This document shows, piece by piece, positions 27,215 through 38,877 of a stretch of DNA of 64,000 nt. Origin of the DNA: the human T2T-CHM13v2.0 reference genome, Homo sapiens; assembly GCF_009914755.1 (NCBI RefSeq), contig NC_060927.1, one strand, 5' to 3'. Position numbers and translations under genes: made by a program. The notes below the pieces were generated by a model. The model worked only from the letters and a program-made list of their open reading frames with translations. It made no database searches and was not told where the DNA came from. Every line of letters starts with the position of its first letter. Positions within the stretch are counted from its first letter, which is position 1.

Positions 27215-29424
27215 TTAGCTCAAGCATAGTTTTTAATTTTATTCTTCACAATAATTTCTATATATGTTTGATTTTTATGAGTAAAGTTTCTGTTTTTAGA
27301 ATGTAGTGGGAAATTTTGTGTGTATATATGTGACTGTATGTAGTCAGGAAAATTCAACCAATCATCCCCCAAAAAACTTCCTTATGTACAATTCTCACAA
27401 TTTATAAAAGCAAATAGAAGAGGTTTCTGTGCATCCTAGCCATGACATTTTTCTAATTAGATCCTAATGTCCTAATCTGAAAAAGGAAAATCAGTCATCT
27501 AACTAAAAACTTAAATACTCATCAGCAATGCAATGATTTCTAAATGTCCTAATGCTCTAGTCATTAAAAATGCACTAGATTTATAAATATTAGTTTTCAG
27601 ATGTTTTGTCCATCCATTCTTTGTCATCAACATTTAGAAAATCTATATAAAGTAACTGAGCAAATGAACTCTCAAAATAGTAAATATTTACCTAACTTCA
27701 GATATATTTGACATATACTTCAAAACTCCTTTGAGATAGAAGAAGATAATTTCCATGTCAATGCCAATATTAATAAATGAAGGTTTTTTAAATTAGAAGA
27801 TGAAGAGAATTCTGGAGGCCAGTGAAAACCTGAAATAAAATGCTGTCTTCTGAACCCTATGACGAGAATCATGAAAACTTTAGCTTAGCGGGCTTGTGTG
27901 ACAAGTACAAGGATACAGTGGCATACAAAATTTGAAATGTATGAACACAAAACTTGAATTTACAACTAACAAGAGACAGATAGCAAATCTCTAGTAATCG
28001 TAAATTCCTAAGCTTTTATGGAAGATACAACAAGGCAGGGACTATCACAAAACTGCAATCTGAATCTTAAACGTGGTTGACATGCAGATCAGATTTCACA
28101 TTAAAAGGCTCAAATCTAATCTGCATCACCCAACATCTTTCCTTTCTGTATATCTACTCCCCCTTTGCACCTAGAACTGTTTCACCACTTACTGGATTAT
28201 TCTTTGAGGGAAACTGTGAGCAGTATAAAACCTGCAATAAAAGGAGAAATGTTTTTTAAAAAACACTGGTTGATTATTTTAAAATGAAGACTAACCATTA
28301 AGCCCATCTAGAACTACTAGCTCTAAAGGTTTCTCTGAGATTTCATGGTGGAATACTTGGAAAAGGGACTTTAGTCTCATTTTTGTGAAACCAAACTATG
28401 AAAGAGCTTTAGGACCATCTATTACCTGGCAGCTGGATGTTCTCTAGCACTAAATGGAAATTCACTCATCTCCCCACCTCACCACTAACCAATCACCATC
28501 TTTTCTATGTCCAATTACTAAGTCATTGTATTTTTAGCATATACAGCTTAATTTTAAAATAAAGGTGAAGTGTGAAAATAGAATAGACCCTACATAAACA
28601 TTAAATAGCGCTTCATTGTGAGTTCACAGAAAGCATGGTCCAGTTTCATTTATTTACTCATTGTGTCATTCAACAAATATTTATTGAGGCTCTACTATGT
28701 GCCAGGCGTATGTCTAATGGCTGGGAATCTAGCAGTGAGCCAGAGTGACCCTGTCCTTGCCTCCTTGAAGCTTACACCTAGCAGAGAATATGAAACAAAT
28801 AAAATCACAAATAATTCTTTTTTTTTCAACTTTTATTTTAAGTTCAGGGATACATGTGGAGGGTGTGCAGGTTTATTACATAGGTAAGTATGTGCCAAGG
28901 TGGCTCGCTGCACAGACCATCCCATCACCCAGGTATTAAGCCCAGCATCCATTAGGTATACTTCCTGATGCTCTCCTTTCCCCAACCCCTGACAAGCCCT
29001 AGTGTGTGTTATCCTCCCTCCATGTGTCCACGTGTTCTCATCATTCAGCTCCCACTTATGAGAGCATGCAGTATTTGGTTTTCTGTTCCTGCATTAGTTT
29101 GCTGAGGATAATGGCTTCCAGCTCCATGTCCCTGCAAAGGACAAGATCTGGTTCCATGTCGTTGCTATTGCAAATAGTGCTGCAGTGAACATATGCGTGC
29201 ATGTATCCTTATAGTAGAATTATTTATACTCCTTTGGGTATATACCTAGTAATGGGATTGCTGGGTCAAATGATATTTCTGCCTCTAGTTCCTTGAGGAA
29301 TCACCACGCTGTCTTCCATGATGGATGAACTATGAACTAATTTGCACTCCCATCAACAGTGTAAAATCATTCCGTTTTTCTCCACAACCTCACCAGCATC
29401 TATTGTTTTTTTTTTTTACTTTTT

Positions 29425-29940
29425 TTTTTAATTTTAGTATTTTGTTTAATCCAACATATACAAAATCTTAATTCAACATGTTATCAATATTAAAATTATT
29501 AACTTTCTCACAGAATATTTCACATTCTTTATTTCATTCTAGCTCTTCAAAATCCAATGTGAATTTTATACTTAGAGAATGTCTCAATTCAGGCTAGCCA
29601 CATTTCAAGGGCCGACTAGACATGTGGCTGGTGTTTACTGAACTGGGCAGCGTAGTTCTAGACAACTTTTCACATAAATGACAATAGTAGGGTACAAGTA
29701 TGATTTGCCTCCGTTCCATTTACAAACCCCATCACAGCAACCAATAGAAGCAGTATGAAACCTAACCCAGTGGCCAATAGGAAAGCTTGGAAAGCTGGAA
29801 TCTGAGTGTCCAGAATTGTCAGTGAAACTTCAAAGACAGTCAGGAGGAAGCTGACCTAGCTCCACAACCCCCATGCAAACAGAACTGAGAGGAATCATTA
29901 CCTCTATTTACCAAACCATAAGTATGCTCATTCGCCAATC
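29425..29940 (-). mobile_element. SVA 3'-transduced segment (unique DNA plus a truncated MER33/MER3-like fragment at ~29430-29660)
   Basis: Non-L1, non-SVA DNA between the SVA poly(A) and the left TSD copy ttttttacttttt (29412-29424). The right TSD copy is at 31878-31890. Confidence 0.85.
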
Positions 29941-31876
29941 TTTTTTTTTTCTTTTTTTCTTTTTTTAAATTTATTTTTTTATTGATAATTCTTGGGTGTT
30001 TCTCACAGAGGGGGATTTGGCAGGGTCATGGGACAATAGTGGAGGGAAGGTCAGCAGATAAACAAGTGAACAAAGGTCTCTGGTTTTCCTAGGCAGAGGA
30101 CCCTGCGGCCTTCCGCAGTGTTTGTGTCCCTGATTACTTGAGATTAGGGATTGGTGATGACTCTTAACGAGCATGCTGCCTTCAAGCATGTGTTTAACAA
30201 AGCACATCTTGCACCGCCCTTAATCCATTTAACCCTGAGTGGACACAGCACATGTTTCAGAGAGCACAGGGTTGGGGGTAAGGTCACAGATCAACAGGAT
30301 CCCAAGGCAGAAGAATTTTTCTTAGTGCAGAACAAAATGAAAAGTCTCCCATGTCTACTTCTTTCTACACAGACACGGCAACCATCCGATTTCTCAATCT
30401 TTTCCCCACCTTTCCCGCCTTTCTATTCCACAAAGCCGCCATTGTCATCCTGGCCCGTTCTCAATGAGCTGTTGGGCACACCTCCCAGACGGGGTGGTGG
30501 CCGGGCAGAGGGGCTCTTCACTTCCCAGTAGGGGCGGCCGGGCAGAGGCGCCCCTCACCTCCCGGACGGGGCGGCTGGCTGGGCAGGGGGCTGACCCCCC
30601 CACCTCCCTCCCGGACGGGGCGGCTGGCCGGGCAGAGGGGCTCTTCACTTCCCAGTAGGGGCCGCCGGGCAGAGGCACCCCTCACCTCCCGGACGGGGCG
30701 GCTGTCCGGGCGGGGGGCTGACCCCCCCACCTCCCTCCCGGACGGGGCGGCTGGCCGGGCAGAGGGGCTCCTCACTTCCCAGTAGGGGCGGCCGGGCAGA
30801 GGCGCCCCTCACCTCCCGGACGGGGTGGCTGGCCGGGCGGGGGGGCTGACCCCCCCCACGTCCCTCCCGGACGGGGCGGCTGGTCGGGCAGAGGGGCTCC
30901 TCACTTCCCAGTAGGGGCAGCCGGGCAGAGGCGCCCCTCACCTCCCAGACGGGGCGGCTAGCCGGGTGGGGGGCTGACCCCCCCACCTCCCTCCCGGACG
31001 GGGTGGCTGCCGGGCGGAGACGCTCCTCACTTCCCAGATGGGGTGGCTGCTGGGCGGAGGGGCTCCTCTTTTCAGACGGGGTGGTTGCCAGGCAGAGGGT
31101 CTCCTCACTTCTCAGACGGGGCGGCCGGGCAGAGACGCTCCTCACCTCCCAGACGGGGTTGCGGCCGGGCAGAGGCGCTCCTCACATCCCAGATGGGGCG
31201 GCGGGGCAGAGGCGCTCCCCACATCTCAGACGATGGGCCGCCGGGCAGAGACGCTCCTCACTTCCTAGATGTGATGGTGGCTGGGAAGAGGCGCTCCTCA
31301 CTTCCTAGATGGGATGGCGGCCGGGCGGAGACGCTCCTCACTTTCCAGACTGGGCAGCCAGGCAGAGGGGCTCCTCACATCCCAGACGATGGGCGGCCAG
31401 GCAGAGACACTCCTCACTTCCCAGACGGGGTGGCGGCCGGGCAGAGGCTGCAATCTCGGCACTTTGGGAGGCCAAGGCAGGCGGCTGGGAGGTGTAGGTT
31501 GTAGTGAGCCGAGATCACGCCACTGCACTCCAGCCTGGGCACCATTGAGCACTGAGTGAACGAGACTCCGTCTGCAATCCCGGCACCTTGGGAGGCCGAG
31601 GCTGGCGGATCACTCGCGGTTAGGGGCTGGAGACCGGCCCGGCCAACACAGCGAAACCCCGTCTCCACCAAAACCAGTCAGGCGTGGCGGCGCGTGCCTG
31701 CAATGGCAGGCACTCTGCAGGCTGAGGCAGGAGAATCAGGCAGGGAGGTTGCAGTGAGCCGAGATGGCAGCAGTACAGTCCAGCTTCGGCTCCGCATGAG
31801 AGGGAGACCGTGGAAAGAGAGGGAGACCGTGGGGAGAGGGAGAGGGAGAGGGAGAGGGAGAGGGAGAGGGAGAGAG
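29941..31876 (-). mobile_element. Full-length SVA retrotransposon: hexamer head, Alu-like region, GC-rich VNTR, SINE-R, poly(A)
   Basis: (GGGAGA)n at ~31832-31876, i.e. (CCCTCT)n on minus; Alu-like region ~31440-31800; VNTR ~30480-31440; SINE-R ~29985-30480; AATAAA at 29978-29983; poly-T at 29941-29966. Confidence 0.97.
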
Positions 31877-32360
31877 CTTTTTTACTTTTTAATAGTGGCC
31901 GTTCTGACTGGTGTGAGATGGTATCTCATTGTGCTTTTGATTTGCATTTCTCTAATGATCAGTGATACTGAGCTTTTTTTCATGTTCGTTGGCTGCATGT
32001 ACGGCTTCTTTTGAGAAGTGTCTGTTCATGTCCTTTGCCCACTTTTTAATGGGGTTATTTGTTTTTTTTTCTTGTAAATTTCTTAAGTTCCTTGTAGACT
32101 CTGAATATTGAACCTTTGTCAGATGGATAGGTTGCAAAAATATTCTCCCATTCTCTAAGTTGTCTGTTCACTCTGATGATAGTTTCTTTTGCTGTGCAGA
32201 AGCTTAGTTTAATAGAGCCCATTTGTCTATTTTGAAACGCTTTTGTTGCAATTGCTTTTGGTGTTTTCATCATGAAATCTTTGCACATGCCTGTGTCCTG
32301 AGTGGACAAATCTTTGCCTGTGTCTTGTCCTGAATACCCAGATTTTCTTCTAGGGTTTTA

Positions 32361-32474
<114 letters not shown>

Positions 32475-33446
32475 TCATTTATTGAACAGGGAGTATTTTC
32501 CCCATTCATTGATTTTGTCAGTTTTGTTGAAGATCAGATGGCTGTAGATGTGTGGCCTTATTTCTAGGCTCTCTATTCTCTTCCACTGGTCTATGTGCCT
32601 GTTTTCGTATCAGTACCATGCTCTTTTGGTTACTGTAGACTTGTAGTATACATTGAAGTTGGATAGCATGATGCCTCCAGCTTTGTTCTTTTTGCTTAAG
32701 ATTGTCTTGGCTATACAGATTCTTTTTTGGTTCCACATGAATTTTAAAGTAGTTTCTTTCTAATTCTGTGAAGAACATCAATGGCAGTTTAATGGGAATA
32801 GCACTGAATCTATAAATTACTTTGAGCAGTATGGCCATTTTCATGATATTGATTCTTCCTATCCATGAGCATGGAATGTTTTTCCATTTGTTTGTGTCCT
32901 CTCTGATTTCTCTGAGAGTGGACTGTAGTCCTCCTTGAAGAGGTCCTTCAATTCCTTTGTTAATTGTATTCCTAGATATTTTATTCTTTTTGTGGCAATT
33001 GTGAATGGGAGTTCATTCATGATTTGGCTCTCTGCTTGCCTGTTGTTGGTGTATAGGAATGCTAGCAATGTTTGCACATTTATTTTGTATCCTGAGATTT
33101 TGCAGAAGTTGCTTATCAGCTTAAAAAGCTTTAGGCTGAGATGATGCGGTTTTCTAGATATAGGATCATGTCATCTGCAAAAAGGTAATTTGACTTCCTC
33201 TCTTCCTATTTGAATACTCTTTATTTTTTTCTCTTGCCTGATTGTCCTCGCCAGAACTTCCAATACTATATTGCATAGGAGTGGTGAGAGAGGGCATTCT
33301 TGTCTTGTGCTGGTTTCCAAGGGGAATGCTTTCAGCTTTTGCCTGTTCAGTATGATATTGGCTGTGGGTTTGTCATATACAGTTCTTATTATTTTGAGGT
33401 GTGTTTCTTCAACACCTGGTTTATTGAGAGTTTTTAACATGAAGGA

Positions 33447-33746
<300 letters not shown>

Positions 33747-34208
33747 AAAGGAACGTTGAATTTTATCAGAGGCCTTTTCTGCATCTATTAAGATAATCAT
33801 GTGGTTTTTGTCTTTGGTTCTGTGTATGTGATGAATGACATTTATTGATTTGTGTATGTTGAACTAACCTTGCATACTGGGGATAAAGCCAATTTGATTG
33901 CAGTGGACAAGCTTTTTGATAAGCTGCTGGATTTGGTTTGCCAATATTTTTGTGAAGATTTTTGCATCAATGTTCATCAAGGATATTGGCCTTAAGTTTT
34001 CTTTTTTTGTGGTATATCTGCCAGGTTTTGGTATCAGGATGATGGCCTCACAGAATGAGTTAGGGAGGAGTCCCTCCTTTTCAATTGTTTGGAATAGTTT
34101 TATTAGAAATGGTACCAGCTCTTTTTTTGTACCTCTGGCAGAATCCAGGTGTGAATCCATCTGTTCCTGGGCTTTTTTTTTTTGGCTGGTAGGCTGTTTA
34201 TTGGAGCC

Positions 34209-36457
34209 TGTATTAGTCTGTTTTCATGCTGCTGATAAAGACATACCTGAGACTGGGCAATTTATAAAAGAAAGAGGTTTAATGGAGAACTCAGAGTTCC
34301 ACGTGGCTGGAGAGGCCTCACAATCATGGTGGAAGGAAAAGGAGCAAGTCACCTGTTACATGGATGGCAGCAGGCAAAAAAAGCTTGTGCAGGGAAACTC
34401 CCCTTTTTAAAACCATCAGATCTCAAAAGACTTACTTGCTATCATGAGAACAGCATGGGAAGTACCTGCCCCCATGATGCAATTACCTCCTACTGAGTCC
34501 CTCCCACAACACGTGGGAATTCAAGATGAGACTTGGGTGAGGACACAGCCAAACCATATCATTCTCCCCTTGGCCCCTCCCAAATCTCACGTCCTCACAT
34601 TTCAAAGCCAATTATGCCTTCCCAACAGTCCCCCGAAGTCTTAACTCATTTCAGCATTAACTCAAAAAGACTACAGTCCAAAGTCTCTTCTGAGACAAGG
34701 CAAGTCCCTTCTGCCTATGAGCCTGTAAAATCAAAAGCAAGTTAGTTACTTCCTAGATACAACAGGGGTACAGGTACCTATTCCAAATGAGAGAAATTGG
34801 CAAAAACAAAGAAGCTACAGGCCCCATGCAAGTCCAAAATCCAGCAGGGCAGTCAAATCTCAAAGCTCCAAAATGATCTCCTTTGACTCCATGTCTCACA
34901 TTCAGGACACGCTGATGCAGAAGGTGGGTTCCTACGGCCTTTGGCAGCTCCACCCCTGTGGCTCTGCAGGGTATAGTCCCCATCTTAGATGCTTTCATGG
35001 GCTGGCACTGTCTGTGGGTTTTCCAGGCACACAGTGCAAGCTGTCAGTGGATCTACCATTCCGGGGTTTGGAGGATGGTGGCCCTCTTCTTACAGCTCCA
35101 CTAGATGGTGCCCCAGTAGGGAGTCTGTGTGGTGGCTCCAATCCCACATTTCCCTTCTGCACTGCCCTAGCTGAGGTTCTCATGAGGGCCCTGCCCCTGC
35201 AACAAACTTGTGCCTGGGCATCCAGGCGTTTCCATATGTCCTCTGAAATCAAGGTGGAGGTTCCCAAACCTCAATTCTTGACTTCTGTGCACTTGCAGGC
35301 TCAACACTATGTGGAAGCTGCCATGGCTTTGGGCTTGCACCCTCTGAAGCCATGGCCTAAGCTCTATGTTGGCCCCTTGTAGCCATGGCTGGAGCAGCTG
35401 GGTCACAGGGCACCAAGTCCCCAGGCTGCACACAACATGGTGACCCTGGGCCTGGCCCATGAAACCATTTTTTCCTTCTAGGCCTTAGGGCCTGTGATGG
35501 GAGGGGTTTCCAAGAAGATCTCTGATATGCCCCAGAGACATTTTCCCCATTGTCTTAGGGGTTAACATTCAGCTCCTCATCACTTGTGCAATTTCTGCAG
35601 CCAGCTGGCTTGAATTTCTCCTCAGAAAATGGGATTTTCTTTTCTATCGCATTGTCAGGCTGCAACTTTTCAGAACTTTCATGTTCTGCTTCCCTTTTAA
35701 AACTGAATGCCTTTAACAGCACCCAAGTCAACTCTTGAATGCTTTGCTGCTTAGAAATTTCTTCCACCAGATACCCTAAATCATCCCTCTCAAGGTCAAA
35801 GTTCCACAAATCTAGGATATGGGCAAAATGCCACCAGTCTCTTTGCTAAAACATAACAAGAATCACCTTTGCTCCAGTTCTCAACAAGTTCCTCATTTCC
35901 TTCTGAGACCACCTCAGCCTGGACTTTATTGTCCATATCGCTATCAGCATTTTGTTTAAAGCCATTCAACAAGTCTTCAGGAAGTTCTAAACTTTCCCAC
36001 ATTTTCCTTTCTTCTTCTGGGCACTCCTGTTAGTTCCAAAGTTGTTTCTACATTTTCAGGTATCTTTTCAGCAGTGCCCCAACTCTATTGGTACCAATTT
36101 ACTGTATTAGGCTGTTTTCATGCTACTGATAAAGACATACCCGAGACTGGGCAATTTACAAAAGAAAGAGGCTTAATGGGGAACTCACAGTTCTACATGG
36201 CTGGGGAGGCCTCAGAATCATGGTGAAAGGCAAGGAGGAGCAAGTCACATCTTACATGGATGGCAGCACGCAAAGAGAGTTTGTCTAGGGAAACTCCCCT
36301 TTTTAAAACCATCAGATCTTGTGAGACTTATTCGCTATTACAAGAACAGCACAAGAACGACCTGCCCCCATGATTCAGTTACCTCCTACCAGATCCATCC
36401 CACAACATGTGGGAATTCAAGATGAGATCTGGGTGGGGACACAGCCAATCCGTATCA
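34209..36457 (-). mobile_element. THE1 (ERVL-MaLR) provirus with both LTRs (34209-34561, 36103-36457) and ~1.54 kb internal region
   Basis: Two ~355-bp direct repeats tgtattag...acacagcca(a/t)..tatca; THE1-int motifs between them; L1 sequence resumes on both sides. Confidence 0.93.
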
Positions 36458-38579
36458 CTGCTTCAATTTCAGAACTTGTTATTCGCCTGTTCAGTGACTC
36501 AATTTCTTCCTGGTTCACTCTTGGGAGGGTGTATGCATCCATGAATTTATCCATTTCTACTGGATTTTCTAGTTTTTGTGCATAGAGGTGTTTATACTAT
36601 TCTCTGATGGTTGTTTGCAATTTTGTGGGGTCAGTGGTTACCATTTCTGCTCAAGTTTATTTGATTCATTTGTCTTTTCATCTTTATTACTCTAGCTAGT
36701 GGTCTATCTACTTTATTAATTTTTTTCAAGAAACCAGCTCCTGGACTCGTTGATTTTTTGAAAGGTATTTTGTGTCTCTATCTCCTTCATTTCAGCTCTG
36801 ATCTTGGTTATTTCTTGTCTCCTGCTAGCTTTGGGGTTTGTTTGCTCTTGTTTCTCTAGTTTGTTTCATTGTGATTTAGCTTGTTAACTTGTGATCTTTC
36901 TAGCTTTTTGATGTGGGCATTTAGTGTTATAAATTTCCCTTTTAACAGTGCTTTAGCTGCATCCCAGAAATTCTGCTACATTGTCTCTTTGTTCTCATTA
37001 GTTTCAAAAAACTTCTTGATTTCTGCCTTAATCCCATTATTTACCTAAGAGTAACTCAGGATCCGGTTGTTCAATTTCCAAGTACTTGTGTAGTTTTGAG
37101 TGAATTTCTTAATTTTGAGTTCTAATTTGGTTGTGCTGTTGTCTGAGGGACTGTTTGTTACAATTTCAATTCTTTTGCATTTGCTTAGGAGTGTTTTACT
37201 TCTGATTTATGTGATCAATTTTAGAGTGAGTGTCATGTGGGGATGAGAAGAATGTATACTCTGTTGTTTCTGGGTGGAGAGTTCTGTATATATCTATCAG
37301 GTCCACTTGATCCAGAGCTGGGTTCAAGTCCTAAATATCTTTGTGAATTTTTTGCTTTGATGATCTGTCTAATATTGTCAGCAGGGTGTTAAAGTCTCCC
37401 ATTATTATTGTATGGGAGTCTAAGTCTCTTTGAAAGTCTCTAAGAACCTGCTTTATGAACCTGCATGCTCCTGTATTGGGTGCATATGTATTTAGGATTG
37501 TTAGCACTTCTTGAATTGAACCCTTTACCACTACATAATGCCCTTCTTTGTCTTTTTTGATATTTGTTGGTTTAAAGTCTATTTGTCAGAAACTAGGATT
37601 GCAACCCCTGCTTTTTTCTGTTTTCCATTTGCTTGGTAAATTTTCCTCCATTCCTTTATTTTAAGCCTATGTGTGTGTCTTTGCACATGAGATGGCAGCA
37701 TACCATGAATCTTGGCTCATTATCCAGCTTGCCATTGTGTCTTTTAATGGGGACACTAAGCCCATTTACATCTAAGGTTAGTATTGTTACGTGGGAATTT
37801 GATCCTGTCAACATGATAGCTGGTTATTTTGCAGATTTGTTTATGTGGTTGCTTCAATGTTACTGGGCTGTGTACTTCAGATACACTGTACTTCAGTGTG
37901 TTTTTGTAGTGGCTGGTAATGGTATTTCCTTTCCATATTTAGTGCTTCCTTCAGAAGTGCTTGCAAGGCAAGCCTCGTGGTGATGAGTTCCCTCAGCATT
38001 TGCTTGTCTGAAAATTATCTTATTTCTTTTCACTTTTGAAGGTTAGTTTGGCCAGATATGAAATTCAGGATTGGGGAAATTCTTTTCTTAAGAATGTTGA
38101 ATTTGTTTCCCAATCTCTTCTGGCTTGTAGGGTTTCTGCTGGGAGTTCTGCTGCTAGTCTGATGGGCTTCCCTTTGTATGCGAACTGGCCTTGCCCTCTG
38201 GCTGCCCTTAACATTTTCTCTTTCATTTTGACCTTGGAGAATCTGACGATTATGTGCCTTGGCATTGATCGTCTCATGGAGTATCTTATTGGGGTTGTCT
38301 GCATTTCCTGAATTTAAATGTTGGCCTGGCTTACTAGGTTGGGGAATTTCTCCTGGATGCTATCCTGAAATATGTTTTCCAACTTGGTTCCATCTCCCGG
38401 TCTCTTTCAGGTACCTCAGTCAGTTGTAAGTTCAGTCTCTTTCCATAATCCCCATATTTCTTGGAGGTTTTGTTCATTCCTTTTTTTCCCTCTATTCTTG
38501 TCTGCCTTTCTTATTTTGGAAAGATAGTCTTCAAGCTCTGAGATTCTTTCCTCCACTTGGTCTATTCTGTTACTGATAC

Positions 38580-38877
<298 letters not shown>

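Noticed and set aside
30480-31440. CpG island or gene promoter
   Set aside because: The CpG density is entirely due to the SVA VNTR, and no first exon of the host gene is present.
29971-32014. Cluster of long GC-rich ORFs on both strands
   Set aside because: All lie in the SVA VNTR, Alu-like or SINE-R regions. Stop-poor GC repeats generate such ORFs by chance.
34444-36585. ORFs up to 169 aa within THE1
   Set aside because: These are degenerate MaLR internal or LTR sequence, with no continuous frame or splice support.
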